A stretch of 64,000 bases of DNA from Lama guanicoe (taxonomy: Eukaryota), in assembly GCA_013239625.1 (NCBI GenBank), contig MU053557.1, forward strand, positions 3,564,123-3,628,122. Direction: 5' to 3'. The notes under the pieces were generated by a model. It saw nothing but the letters and a program-made list of their open reading frames with translations, did not search any database and was not told where the DNA came from. Numbering within the stretch: the first letter of the stretch is position 1; every line of letters begins with the position of its first letter. Of the stretch, positions 49,593 through 64,000 are shown in pieces. The position numbers and the translations under genes are program-made.

Positions 49593-52048
49593 CTTGGGAA
49601 AAAAACAGAGAAATAATGAAATACGATTTAGATTGAACAGTAATGTTAGAATGATCACTAGGGCATCTTATAATATTTGAGCACTACTTTTCTTCTCTAG
49701 ATTTTCCTGTGTCATAAAGTAGTAAGATGCAAGATTTCTATAATGTTTTAATTCTGCCAACAAATCTATTAGTTTGGTGCCTGCTCATATATAAACTCTA
49801 TAAAGACAGATATTTTGATATGTTTGTTCCACAGTATATCCCAGCACCTAGAACAGTGCCTGGCATAGAGTATGAACTAATAAATATTTGTTGAATGGAT
49901 AAATGAATAACTTTTAATCTTTTGCATATGAAAAAATCCTCTGAAGCTCAAAGAGATGAAATAACTTGTCCAAGTCACATGGCTGGAAAATTGCAAAGCA
50001 AAATCTAAAACTTAGGTCTCCAGAATCATGAATTAATGCCAGAGCCCACTGTACTGTACTGTTCAAGGATTGGGTGTTGGGCAGCTGTTGAGAAGGTAAA
50101 AGCTGACTAAAATGTGGTCTGTGAGGAGGTTCTAGTCCAGTGGGGAAAACATATGCATTCAGATAGAAGTAAATAAAACAATGAGGGAAGAGAAGACATC
50201 ATGAAGGATCCTACAAAGCATTATGAAATCCCAGTAAATACTTGAATTTTCTGATTGTAGGGGTCTATGATGTCTTCACAGAGCTGGTCTTTGGATTGGC
50301 CTTTAGAAAATTTTTAGATTTAGCAGGTGAACAGAATGAAGTTGGGGTTTGGGGGTCAGGCACTGATGGCAGAGAGAAAAGATATTGGAAGTTTAAACAA
50401 ACATGATCTACTCTGAAACAGAAATTACTTGACGTTGAGGTGTCAGGTGTTTGGCTTCAGAAGTAAGAGACATCATTGAAAGACATATTGGCATCAGGGA
50501 GGACCTTTGACATCAGCTGAATGCATTTGCTCTGATTTTGTTGGCAATGGAAATTCACTGAAAGGGTTTCAAGCATGGTAGTGATAGGACTAAATTTGTT
50601 TTGTTATATAACTTTGGTAGTAGGTAGAGGATGGACTGGAGTGGGGAGAGACAGAAGCAGTGACACTAATAATAGACACATTTTGACACAGTTAAGTGAT
50701 AGAGAATAACCAGGAATTGGATATTTACTACATCCTGGTGGCCAGGATATAGTTATATTCACCCTGCAGAATCCTGCTCACGCACCTGATAGTAATATAT
50801 TGACTTAAGCAGATGAAAGATTACAAAATGACTCCTGATTACTTCTATATAGAAGTGGCTTTTAATCTGTTATTAGCCATAGACCTCTTTGAGAATCTTA
50901 TAAAGTCAGAAGCACTTTCCCTAGAAAACTACAAAGATTCACATCTACACAAAATATGGTTACAAATTTAGAGGCTCTGTGTACCTTTAAGGCCCAGCTG
51001 TATAGCCCAGAGCATCTAATCAAGGGCTTTCAAAATTTTATATAAAAATCACCTGAAAGCTTGTTGAAACGCACATTCGTAGCCTTCCCCAGGAAGGAGC
51101 AAGATGGAAGAAAGAGACCTGCATTTTGTATAAGTTTTCCTGGTGATTCTGGAGCTGGTGAGTAAGAGACCACATTTTGTCAAACTCTGCTTAGAGGGCT
51201 ATGGAGGAGAGAACTAGAGAGTGGAGGCTCACAGAGCTGGAGATTGAAAGTGCCTAGAAATTCAGAAGAACGAATTAGACCTTGGAGAGCTGAAACTGGG
51301 GAGATTAATGTCAGGAGAATGAAGTACAGGGTAAAGTAGAAGTGAAAGTCGGAGCTGTGTACACTTGGGTGGGAGGTACTGGGTACCGGAGCAAGGAAGC
51401 GGTTTGAAAATAGTGGGAAGATTCTGGGCTGTGCGAATTGCTATTAAGGCAATCCCTTGTGATCAGAGCCAACCCTCCTAAGAGAGGTCCCCTAGATGGT
51501 TTCAGAGGAGAGATTAGCTACCGTCTCTGCTCACCCGCTTGGTTACTCAAGATAGAAAATAAAGGCAGGACTCATGCCACCTCTGACTTGTGAGCACCTC
51601 GCTCGCCACCATCGTCACCAGTGAGTTACAGTGTCTGCACTGGGGCTGAGGGGGGGGGTCCTTTATTCCTTTAACTTTACAAGTGAGCAAACTGAGGCAC
51701 TCAGCGAGGGAGAGCGTAAGCCTAGATCACAAGTAAGTAACACCTGTGTTAAGACCACAACCCGGCTTTCTGTTCCCTGGCCCGGTGTTCTTCCCTCTCC
51801 CTACCTGGTCCTGAAATAAAAAATACTTTATGGAACCCCTTGTTCCATGAATTCCTTGGGAAATGTGCTCACCCCAAAAAGACTTCAGGGAAATTCATTC
51901 AGTTGCAAATATATCTTAAGGCAGGTTAACGCTTTTCAATGAAAACAACGCATTGGCGTGCATGCAGTTTCGTTTCCCATCCATTTTAATGCAATGTGGT
52001 CATTACCAAAAGCAACCTGGACAAAAGCAAGGTTTGTCTCAGTGCTTA

Positions 52049-52312
<264 letters not shown>

Positions 52313-53359
52313 TCATCTGGTCATATTTATCCCACGTTTAATGCCTGCCTGGTTAGCATCTCACATGCAGTATGTCGTTTACTCCTAAAACCAAACAGAC
52401 CGACAGATAATGATGCTTAGGTACATGTTGGTTCTCTTTCCGGATGAGAAAACTGAAGTTCATGAAAGTTAAGTAACTTGTTTGGAGTTAAGCAGCTGGT
52501 AAATACCAGGGCCGGGATTAAAAAACAGATTGTCTGGTTTTAATATATTTTTCTCATGTAATCCCTGGGCCCGTGCTAATAATAATAATGAGGATATGAT
52601 AATAGGTCACGTTTGCTGAGCACATTCCTGGGACAGGCAATCTGCATGCATTATCTCATTTTATTCCCACAGCGACCCTATGAGGGAGGGGTTACGGTTA
52701 TCCCAAGTTAAAGGTAAAGAAGGGAAGTTGAGAGAGGTTTGGAAGCTGCTCAGAGTCCCAGAGTTGGCAAGTGGCAGAATCAGAATTTCAGTCCCATGTC
52801 TGTTCGGTATTAAAATCTGGATTCTTAAGCATTCTGTGATGAACTGCATAGTGTTTGTGTTTGACAGAAAAGTTATGAGCTAACCACAAGTGTGCTGTAA
52901 GGTTGAAAGTGGTATACTGATAATGAGAAGGAGGAGAAATTCTATCACTTGTACATCATCTGACAGTTCTAGAAATGATTTTACATTTGCACAATTTTCT
53001 GCTTGACCGATCTTGTGGAGGATGCAGATTTGATCTCATGGGACTGAGATACTGAGAAGATTAAGTAACTTTCAGGGAATCTCACAAATTGCCACACAGG
53101 ATGGGATTGTAACTGCAGGTCTTGTACTTTTGACATTTCATCAAGTGCCTTTTGAAATGAGGCCAAGGAGCCGGAGGGTGCAGTTGGTGACGTGTGAGGT
53201 CCCTTGGTGGGTTCTGGCTTTGCTTAGTGGTCTTACCAGTTCAGAAGATTAAGAGAATGGGAGATGGGCAGTGAGCAGGTGGGCTCTCCTCTGGACCCTG
53301 GTGCCAGGATGAAGTAGGACCTTTAGCTTTTAGTTTTATCACAGCCTTGCAAGTAGTGT

Positions 53360-53545
53360 TGGCAGGTTTGGCAAATAAAAACACAGGATGCCCAGTTAAA
53401 GTGAATTTCAGATAAACAACAATACTTTTTTAGTATAAGAGTGACCTGTGAAATATTTAGGATGTATTTGCACTAAAAAATTATTTGTTTATCTGAACTT
53501 CAATTTTAACTGGATGCTTTGTGTTTTATCCATTAATCCTACTGC
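53360..53545. mobile_element. hAT-Charlie MITE (MER3/MER33-like)
   Basis: Internal inverted symmetry (ccagttaaagtgaatttcagataaaca ... tgtttatctgaacttcaattttaactgg). Confidence 0.65.
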
Positions 53546-56334
53546 AAATTTTGACACAAGGAGTCCCAATTTTTAGACAGTGTACCCTGTGACTGAATGC
53601 AGGAGATGTAACTAGCTTTTGGTGTAGAGGCTGTCAAGTTAGTTAGAAGACTTGCATGTATATTATATCCTAAAATAGAAACTCTTGGTAAAAAAAAATA
53701 TATTTTATATATATATATATGGCTTTCATATCTGCAAACATATATGCCACAAGAAAAGCTGTGGTAGGAGCACCACCAGTCTGAGACCTATAACCAGGAT
53801 CAATATTCTAACCACCAGTATTTGTTCATTCAGCTGTTGGTTTTCCACGTGTGTATTCTGCACACAGCATATGCTAAAAGTTAAGGCAGCAATGGTAATG
53901 TACGATATGACCCTCACATGAAGCACAGAGCAGCCACAGTGACCAGAACTGCTTTGTTTTCATTACAGGGAGGGGAAGGAAAGAGAAAGCAATCTGTGAT
54001 GCACAGGTCCTGGGATGTGCTTGCATCACATGTCTAATCCTTATTCAGCTGAGTGATGGTATTACAGCTTTACAGGCAAGAAAACAGAGGCTCAGAGAAA
54101 GTAAAGGACTCACCTAAAATCTCACATCTAGAAAGTGGCTGAGCTAGGGTTTGAACCTAATTTTTTTTTTTAACTTCACAGAGCACATTATTTACATGAT
54201 AGAATATGGCCTTCAAGCAACTGTCCCTGAAAACATTTACCAGGTGCAGACCAGGAATTCGTTGCATGAAAAGTGAGTTCCTTTTTTTCTGTGTTCCTAT
54301 CTACCTACTTGCATAACAATTTAACCTTATCAAATTTTAATTTTAATTTAAGTTTAATTAAATGCTAACTTTGCGATAATGCGAGGAGCCCTGGATGGTG
54401 TATGTCGGAGGTGAGATCCAGCCCTTGGATTGCATCTGTAATGAGAGGTATAAGAGTGTAATGGGGCGTGTTTTGGAGTCTTGTATACATGAGTTTGATT
54501 CTTGTCTTCAACAAAACTTCACCATGTGACCTTGTAAACAGTACTTAACCCCTCTGTCTCTGTTTCCTCATTGTGTTATTGTCAAGATTGAAAGATTCTT
54601 TATATGTCTGTGATATAGATCGTATACATGTACATATATGCATATACATAGATCTACATGTCTTTATTATATAGACCACATATTGCAGTACTAGGCCTAA
54701 GGTAAGCCAACAGTAAATGCTCACTGTATTCTTGGTACTGTTACCAATAGTAATAGCAATGAAATGATTCACAGTAGCTTTCTCCTCTAGTGCTTAAAGA
54801 AATTAGGAAAATTTTTCAATGCTGTTAAAATATTAAGAAACTTGAAAATGTTGAAAAATATAATAAAAATCAAGAAACTGGACATAACAGGAAACAAATG
54901 ATCAAAGCCAGTGATTGAATTTTTCCTCCTTTCAAGTATAATATGGGGTTGCCGTTATTTACGTTCACTACCTGATTGAGTTTCTTAGTAAACATAGAGT
55001 TGTGAAAAATACAAAAATGCTGATATTGATACGGGTTTTATAGTTGACAAAGTGATGACAAAAGCACGTGGATTTGACCTGGTGAAGTTGATATGTATAC
55101 AGTTTTACAGATGAAGAGACTGAGGGTCAAAGCAGTGAACTGATTTACCCAGTTTCAGAGTTCATGACAGAGCTGGGACCGTTCTCTAGGATATAAAGGT
55201 CACCTTTCACTTTACCGTGGTGATTGCTTTAGGAGCAGATGAACCCAGTCATCTCTGAGGCCATCCCTGCAGTCGCTCTGCTGGCGTGTCTGCCTGTGTG
55301 TTGTGCAGGCGGACAGTGGGTGGCTGAGGGTGTGAGTTCTGCCAAGTTACATTTAGAACAGCTCAAAAGGCTCTGTTACTAAATGTTGGCACTGTCGGTG
55401 TTTTCTGACCATCCTTCTGAATGGAGACAAGTTAAGAGCTCACTGTCTTCTGCAGACCAAAAATTAATGAGAATTCTGCATGCTGCCTCGTGGTCCTCTG
55501 TGTGCTTGAACAGCCATGAAAGAAGTAGGTGCTTTATGATAGAAGGAATTGAAGGACTTAGGTTCCAGTCTCAGGTGGGCCGCCTCTACCTGTGTCTGTG
55601 CTTGGGTAACTTCCCCTTTGCAAGCTTCGTTTACTTACCTGCAGAAAGGGAGGTGATAAAACTGTGCATGTTTGCTTAAGAGTATTATGAGAATCAAATG
55701 AGATAATATATGAGAACAGTAGCAGTCAACACTTATTGGTTGCCTATTATGGACCAGATACTTTTCCAATATGTTCGGTCTGTTTTATTTAACTTTCGTG
55801 ACAGCTAAGTAAGAAAGTGAACTATCGATATTCTGCTTTAAGTGTGAGGCTCGTAGAGCTTAAATAACATGCCTGAAGTCACATTTCTGAGTGGTGGAGC
55901 CTGGCCTGGAGTCTTATTCCAGACTTCACACCTTTGAATATTATTAGTTATAATCATCAAAAAATAAACACCCTCAGCTCTCAAGGAATTTATAATACAC
56001 TAGTGTCACTGTATCACATGAAGATGTAAGAAAGATAATATATAAGATATATATAATATATAAAATATAAGATATAAGAAAAAAAATCATTCTAAATCTT
56101 CATACATTCACTGAGGATAGAGGCTGTAACTGAGGCACATTTAAGTAAAAATCCTGCTTTCTTTTTGCTAGAAGATCTGCCTCTTGTCTCCCATCCAGTG
56201 CTCTTTCTGCAGTGCCTAAAGTCTCCCTCCTTCTCTCCCCATGACTCTCCACTTATATTCAGGATAAGTGACGCCAACCTCCTCCAATCATGGCTAACAC
56301 AGTGCATGAGCAGCGGTCAATCAGAAGTACTCAC

Positions 56335-56404
56335 CAGCCTGGCAAATCAGGAGTAAGGCAAGCAGTCCCAAGACAGTTGTCAGCCGAAGCACTGAGACAG
56401 CCAT
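56335..56404 (-). CDS. C5orf46: C5orf46 orthologue, exon 1 (signal peptide MAVSVLRLTTVLGLLALLLICQA)
   Basis: ATG at 56404; 70 nt; phase-1 donor gtgagt; matches the human C5orf46 N-terminus MAVSVLRLT.VLGLL. Confidence 0.93.
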
Positions 56405-56463
56405 GTTTGTAGCACTGGGTATCAATGCAGATAAGTTGTTCAGATGCACCTGAAGCCTTGCTC

Positions 56464-56484
56464 CATTTATAGGGCATTTATAGG
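56464..56484 (-). promoter_or_regulatory. C5orf46: C5orf46 core promoter with two tandem TATAAA boxes
   Basis: CCTATAAATG twice with 11-bp period, 60-80 nt upstream of the ATG. Confidence 0.65.
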
Positions 56485-58393
56485 TGACATCATCTGCTGT
56501 GGAATTCAGGTTGTTGCGTAAGATATCAGTACAGCCCGTTCTTGGATCTCTCCTAGTGAGCCCTGCCCTGTCTTTCAAACCAAGAGCTTTTCAGCTAGGG
56601 AAAGAAAAGCCCTCTTATTTTTTCTTATGTGTGTTTATGAATGGCACTGGCATAATTCTTTTGGAGTTCTTTCCACCACCAGCGTTGACAATTAGATAGG
56701 TGGGCATCAGGCAGAATTGCTACTCAGTGCCAAGCAGCAAGCAACAAATCAGACTGGCGAGGTGCGCCCGCTCCCCTCCCTGTGCACTCTGCTTCTTCCT
56801 GTGCTCTGAGCTAGTTACTTGTCCCCATGTGGACATACCCATTCACACTCCCATGCCTTGGCTCCTGCCCCTTATTTTCTCAGGGATGTCCTCACCATGA
56901 TCTCCCCTGGGCACATTCCTGCTTATTCCTCAGGCTCAGGTTCAAAGGCCCCCCTCTCTGCAAAGTCTCCATCAGGACCATTCCACCCCGCTGCAGATCG
57001 CTGCTCCGTCATCTGCCGTGTATCACCCTTGATCGGTTGTGTGGGAACTCACTGCTTTAATAGCTCTCTTCTCCTTTAGTCTGTAGATCTCTTAAGGGCA
57101 GAATATTTCAGTCACTTCTGAATTCTCAAGGAGCCTTGTCGAGTGCTGGCACTGGTCTCCGCTGTGACTTCACTTCCTCGGGAAGGTGGTTCTAGTTCTT
57201 CCAGGCAGAGCTCGCTGTTCTTCTCATGCACCTGATGTGGACCTGTTTAAATATCTCCTCCCATCGGCTGTAGGCTCCTGGAGGGCAAGAATATCTTTTT
57301 CAGAGTTGAATATCTATTCCTCAAGGCATATAGTAAACTTAAAGAGAAAAGAAGAATCATTAAATGATTGCACTCAGTGAAAAGGAATATTGGGTTTGAG
57401 ACACTGTTCTGTATCTCAGGTAAAAAATACCCTTCCTTTTGGATGTAAACATTCAGGCGGATAAAATTTGGTTCAAGTCTAGATGATACTGGCTACCCTG
57501 AGGAATGCTGCAATAAAACCTCACCTGCGGTGAGGACTTGGGGGTGCTCTTTAAACTGACAGACTGACTAAAACTTACACATTGTGAGTGTCAGAGGGCC
57601 CTTTTAATAAATGGTGAGAGTCACTGAGGTACAGAAAAAGGAGGCTTATCTAGTGTCACAGACCAAGGCTGGGACATGGCCATCTTACTTCTGGATTAGT
57701 ACTCTTTACAAGGCACCAAACTGTTCTTGAAAGCCATCAGGCAGCTCTGCATGGACACTTCCAGGCCTCCCAGCCTGTCCTCTCAGGAAGACTCTGGTCC
57801 CGTCTCCCCTGTACAAAGAGTTGTGGTCTGAAGACAGTGTTCACAGGAGGGAGATTTCAGCAAGTTAGATTTACGCCATCAGGGTCTCTGCTTAGGACTG
57901 AGTGCTGTGTTGTCCCAGGGGCTCGGGGGGACGTGACATTCAGGTGGCCTCTATTAGACATCCCATGGACCCTGACGGGGCTGTATTTGCCTGGGAAGGG
58001 GTAATGATGCCTTTTCCTTTGCATAAGCTTTGAGCCCTCACGGCTTAATCAGCCCAGATGGGGGCATGTTTTTCTAACTCACCACCAGAACACTGTTGTG
58101 GCAAGCAGAGGCTGGATATTACAACCGAGGAGAGAGGCCTGCTGGCTTCTCAAGGACATCAGCTGAACGGGGCATGCAGACAACTCCTGAATCAGCTGAC
58201 TTCAGAGGTCTGCAGTGGGGGGAGCTCGCCCCATCCCGAGAGTCAGGAGAGCTGGCTTCTGTGTCCCGCTGACTCATTGTGTGGCCGATGAAATACCCTC
58301 CAGGCCTGACACTCAGAGTTCTCTGCTGTGTGCTTGTCACTTCTCTTCCCTGGGTTAATTCCTTTTAGCTTCAGGTTTCAGCTATCATATCTG

Positions 58394-58426
<33 letters not shown>

Positions 58427-59964
58427 TTTTTTTGCAAACTTCTGTGACCTTTGAATCTGATTCAGATCCCTTTATTAGAATCTTTGATACTCTTTACTCT
58501 TCCTTCTTAGCACTTAAATATTATTTTTTGTTTGATTAGTGTCTCTCTCCCCAAGAAATATTAAAATCTGGTCTATGTTGTTCACTGAGACAGCTCTGGG
58601 TTCTAGGATAATGCCTGACACATAGAAGATACGTGTCAATTAATGAATTAATAATTTTGAGAAGTGTGGACTCATGCGATAGTCCTATCAGTAATTATCT
58701 GTGTGACTCTGACAAATGACTGATACCACACTAAGTCTCAGATTCCTCCTCTGTAAAATTGGGACATAATTTCATGCCTATTTATCTGTACTATCTTAAG
58801 GGTATAGGAGATAGATAAAATGCCTGATGAACTGTAAAGAATCTTGAATGTGTGCCATATTAAAAGAAGTTAAGAAGTTGTGACTTACCCTCCATTGGCA
58901 TAAGCAAATGAATTTGACTTTAGGTAGAGGAGGAACTGAGATTGTGAGAGACAGTTTTACCCAAGCTGGGAGGAGGAAATGAGGACCTTCTTCCAGGATG
59001 CTGTTCTAATAAGGCAAGAAGATATGGGAATAAAAGAAATATGGCATGCTTTAATTTCTATGAACATTTCCGTGCATAACAAAGTCATCAGAGTTCTTTT
59101 GTAGGGTAGGAAATAATTGCAGTCTGGGTTGGAAATCTCATAGAGAGATTTTGATGTGTGTTAGTGGTTAAAAGCATGAGCTTTGGGATTAGACAGAACT
59201 GGGTTTGAGTTTCAGATCACCACTTGCAAGTTGTGTGTCTGTGTGTCTTAGAAATAGTTCCTAATTTCTTTATGCTTTGGATCCAGTGTCTACAAAATAA
59301 GAAAAATAATATCTCTCAGGGTTGTTATGAGGATTGGATAAAAAAAAACATGCAAACAGCAGAGTATCTTGAACATACTAAGCGAAAAATAAATGGTGGA
59401 CTTGTTATTTCTATTCTACTCTATTCTGTCCCATTCTGCCTTGGATTGTCCCAGAGGAGGGAGTGATGGCCGTGCAAGCAGCATTAGGGATGGTAATAAT
59501 AGTAATAGTAGTAGCAGGCTAATGTTGTTAACTCTGGCCAAGTGTCAACCTAGATGAAGCATACCAACAAAGCTTTTGGGAGGGTGCCATTATTATTCTA
59601 ATTTTATATAAGGTAATTCAAGTTCGGAGAAGTAATTTGCCTTGCCTCACAAATCATGTATGAGCCACAGCAAGGCGCTGAGCTCAAGGATACGTGACTT
59701 GAAAGTTTATGCTGTTAACTACCATATCATGTTGCACTTGTGGGTGCTCAGTGCTACTACTGGTAAGAAAGCCGGGTCAAGCAAGGAACTCTACAGTCAC
59801 CAGCCTGTTTGTGCAGATTCATCTGTGTCTGCTCTGTTTTCCCCACTAGTCTGTAGATTTCCTATTGACCCACATCATTCACCTCTGTTTTAGCTCAGTT
59901 TGATGTATCAAAGGTACTGGGTACAGAGGGCCCTCTTAATCCTTGGCAGGAAGTGAACTGGAAA

Positions 59965-60160
59965 ATAGGGCTACAGAATTAAATACAAGATGCCTCATTA
60001 AATTTGAATTTCAGATAAACAGTGAGTAATTTTTTTTAGCTTAAGTATGTCCCAAATATTTCATAGGACGTATTTTACCAAAAGGAATTTTGCTGTTTTG
60101 CTGACATTTAAATTTAACTGGACATCTTTACTTTCATTTGCTGAATCTGACAACCCTACA
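59965..60160. mobile_element. hAT-Charlie MITE (MER3/MER33-like), same family as 53360-53545
   Basis: taggg...cccta termini and shared core aatttcagataaac. Confidence 0.65.
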
Positions 60161-62749
60161 TGGAAAGGCCCTCATCAGTGTTTTCTTAATTAAACCTCAG
60201 ATCAGACAGTAAAGGACAGGTCTGAGGGGCATCAAGGAAATGATTAAAAAGTAGTATGTAGGAAGTTAAAATCATATATGGAAAGTGGAAGTTACTGAAA
60301 AGCCCCAGTTCCTCTTTAATAGCACATTGGGGCATATTTCACCCCTGTATTCCTCATAAGAAAATCATTGGCTCCTCTCTTGTTCTTGAATCACTCTACC
60401 TGAAGTTTCAGGCCAGCCCTGGAAGGGATGCATGTGGCTGCAGGAAGGGGTCCTACTCCCAGTGTATCCGTACGCCAAGGAGTGGCTGTAGTCTTTGTCA
60501 CCCTAATCACCTTTCTACACATACCTTATAATTTAGTCAATCCTCAAGCCATCCATCAACTTATTAATTTCTTATTCAATGGACATTTCTTGAGCTTGCA
60601 CTGTTTGCCAGGTGCTCTGCTAGGCACTGTGGACAGGAAAATGTGAAATACCAGTCCTGGACCTCGCCTTTGTTGAGGAGGCAAGCGTGTAACCAAACAA
60701 TTAAAATTTAAATATGAGAAATGCCAGTGGAGGTATGAACAGATTCCTAGGGAAGATGATTGGGGAGTGGTAACAGTGCCTGGGGAGGCAGTCACGGAGC
60801 TATCATTTGTGGCCTCAAAAAGTGGGTTTGTAGGTGTTCACTATGCAAGCAGGGGATGGAGGAGGCACATTAAGTGGGAGGAATGGCATCTGCAAAGGCA
60901 CAGAGGCATGGAAGAGCAGAGCAGGTTTCTAAGAATGAATCCTCAAACTCTTGAGTGTTGATATTAGAAGTGAAAAATTAAAGCAAGCTGGCTGAATCTT
61001 GAAATATGTTTTAATTAATGACCATGCTAGGAAGAGATAATAAAGAGGGGGAGGGCAGGAGAAGAGGGAACAGAACACGGGAGTAAGAAGTCACAGATCA
61101 CTAAGGGTTAGAGCTCATAGTTTTTCCTCTACTCTTGTTTCCCTAGTACAGTCTCAGATAAGCACATTACCGTCCATCCAATTCCCCCGCAAGGCAAATT
61201 TTCTTTAACTTTTTTTCACCATAGAACCTATTTGCTCACAAAGTCTTATCAGTTCTCCACTCAAATATCCTTCACAGTTATCAAATTCTTTTTATTTCCA
61301 CAATAAATGTCATATTTGGGCTACTGTCTTAACTATTGCAATAGCAATCTAGTCTTCCTGATGTATGCCTCCCCCATCTCCTCAATGTTGCGGTCATTTT
61401 TGTCTTTCTAAAACATAATTATGTTTACATCCTCTGTCATTTCCTGTCTCTAATAATTTCCATGCCTCTTTAACTGGGTGTACATAAAGGTCTTCATATT
61501 TTATTCTCAACCGACAGTTCCAGCTTCATCTTAGTCGTGGTAAAAAATAAGAAGTCTTAGAACACAAGGTCAGCAGTCAGATGGCCTGGATTCCATTCCT
61601 GATTTCATCAAGACTAGTGCTTACCTGTCATGTACTGAAATGCTCACACTGCTTGTTTATTTCCAGTCCACTCTGAAGAGGGTTAGTATTTGGACTCTCA
61701 TTATTACATATATACTACCCTCCCAGTTCCTTATAGTGTGATTTGGCAAGTGGATAATACTCTCCAAACTTCAGTTCTCCCCCTTCAACCTGAAGATGAG
61801 AGTGTTAGCCTCAAAAATTTTTATAGCATGAATGTGGTTATGCTACAAAGAGCTAGCACAGTGTGGGTCTAAGACATGTTGTTATTTGCATTATAACTTC
61901 ACACTGCTCTCTAAGCACACAACTTCCCCTTCTACCTTACTAGGCACACCTCCAAACTGTTACTTTATTCCATCACCCTGTTAGTTTTGCATAGACTATC
62001 CAACCCCCACCAACTCAACTTCAAATATTATATCCTTCAGAAAAACATTGTAATCACATCCCTGACCTAATCCACTGCAGAAATAATTACTTCTGCTGAG
62101 GGCTCACACTATATGTTTAAAGTATGTATTGCACTGACTCATAAGTTATTATTTTATTTCTGACACCTTCATTAAGCTACAGGTTCCTCAAGCACAGGCC
62201 ATGCCTTATTTATCCTCAAATACTCTTTGCCTACAACCATAACTAGCACAGTGATAAATAAATGCAAAGAGTGTTCAGTGGATGCTTATTGAATGTGTGA
62301 ATGGATAATTGTGGCCAGTGGCAGACGTGATGTAGGACGCCCACCAGAATGAGAGCCAAAGCTCAGATCGACAGACCAGGTATAAACAAGGAAGGTTATA
62401 TAAGAGTCTAGTGGCTTTTGTTTTTCACAGCTGGAGCTATGGCTGAGGGTGGAGGCAACATTCCAGAAGAGGTACTTGGTCATGCCTTTGGCATATGGGG
62501 CAGAATGAGGAGGGCTTTAAAAATTAGCATAAATTAATCACGTGAAAATAGTGACTATCCTCTAAACTATGAAGACCCTAGCACTAAATTCACAATGTAA
62601 AAGTCTCTATGCCAGTCACATATAATTTATCTATACCATATAAGGGTAAAATAATACTTAAATCAGAAGATTTTTCTGATGTCAAGTGAGGTAGTGGATA
62701 CAGAATTGACTTGAAAACTATACATTGTCAGACTATAAATTGAAGAAAA

Positions 62750-64000
62750 ACTGTAATTAAAGGAGGTTCATCTATTGTGTCAACAATGAAGATAAAATAG
62801 ATCCGTAAAAAATATTAATCCAAAAGCAGGCAAAAAGGAAGGGGAAAAAAAGAATAACGAATAAAAAGAAAACATCTAACAATACTGTAGATTTTAACAC
62901 AACCCTATTAATAACTATATTAAATGTAAACAATATAAACCCATCAAAAATAATAGAGAGACTGTCAGACTATAGTATATATAGAAACTTACTTTAAATG
63001 TAAAGACCGATGAGAATAAGTGAATGTAAAAATATATATCATCAAACACTAATCAAAAGAAACCTGGAATGGTTATGTTATATCAGAAAATGTATTCACA
63101 ACAAGGAATATTACCAGAAACAGTCATTGCATAATCATAAAGGAATCAATTCATTAAGAAGATACAACAATCCTGGATGTGTAAGCAACTAACAATTAAG
63201 CCTCAAAATCTATATAGCAAAAACTAACAGAAAAAAAAAGAAATACGCAACTATAGATGAAGGCTTCAAAACTAGTCTTTCAGTGGTGAATAGAACAAGG
63301 AGATAGAAACAAGAAGGATGCAGAAAACCTGAATACCACTATAATCAAATTGAACTAAATTACATTATAAAATATGCCACCCCAGACAGTGGAATACACA
63401 TTTTTTTTGTTTGCAAGGGAAACATTATTCAAGATAGACTTTACTGGGTCATTAAATAAGCCTTAACACATTTAAAAGAATTAAAATAAAGTACATATTT
63501 TTACTGTAGTGGAATCAAACTAGAAATCAAATAATCACATATGGCAAAAGTCCCTAAATATTTAGAAATTAAATTTTAAAAGTTTTAAGTAATCTGTGGG
63601 TCAAAGAGGGTGTCCCAGGAGATACTAAAACATTTTGAATTGTATAGAAATAAATATATGAAAATTTGTGGGAGCAGCTAAAGCAGTGCTTAGCAGTGAA
63701 CTTACAGCATTAAATACTTGTATTAAAAGAGAAGAAAATCAAATGACTTCAGCTTCTTAAACTAGAAAAAGAGCAAGTCGAAATCAATCAGAAGGAATAA
63801 CAATAATAACAAGAACATGAATCAATTAAGTTGAGAACAGAGAAAAATCAATAAAAACAAAACCTAGCCCTTTGAAAAATAAAATTGATGAGCATCTAGA
63901 CACATTTGCCAATCAGAGAGGGAGAGAAATTAGACACAATTATCAATATCAGGATTGGAGAGGGGTATCATTATAGACCCTACAGTTATTAAAAAATAGT
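62750..64000 (+). mobile_element. Ancient L1 ORF2 endonuclease-region remnant, truncated by the window end
   Basis: A-rich degenerate L1 motifs (ataactatattaaatgtaaa, acattattcaagatagac, gcagctaaagcagtgcttag). Confidence 0.7.

Noticed and set aside
53360..53545. Hairpin as a structured ncRNA (also 59965-60160)
   Set aside because: Explained by palindromic hAT MITE structure.
56321..56578. 85-aa ORF giving an N-terminally extended C5orf46
   Set aside because: It starts at a non-ATG codon upstream of the TATA boxes; the ATG at 56404 fits the signal peptide.

Overview
Mammalian genomic DNA, probably a camelid. This is inferred from the L1 3' ends and from the absence of recognisable Alu, Bov-B/Bov-tA or PRE-1 elements. 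The window covers the SCGB3A2 - C5orf46 interval. It holds two intact, head-to-head copies of the 3-exon secretoglobin gene SCGB3A2 (93 aa): one on - (12995..11232) and one on + (32133..33896). They sit on the arms of a large imperfect palindrome (left arm ~8.7-17.1 kb, right arm ~27.5-42.5 kb). The ~10.4 kb spacer is mostly a decayed full-length L1. The arms are a mosaic: gene bodies and a 3-kb upstream block are nearly identical, while the intervening promoter segment and the arm edges are only about 75-90% identical by hand count and carry private deletions and insertions. This pattern suggests an old inverted duplication repeatedly homogenised by arm-to-arm gene conversion, with promoters that escaped conversion. 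A complete 4-exon C5orf46 (88 aa) lies on - at 56404..~45020. The rest is L1, L2, MIR, LTR and hAT repeat debris. All identities are manual estimates, not computed alignments.
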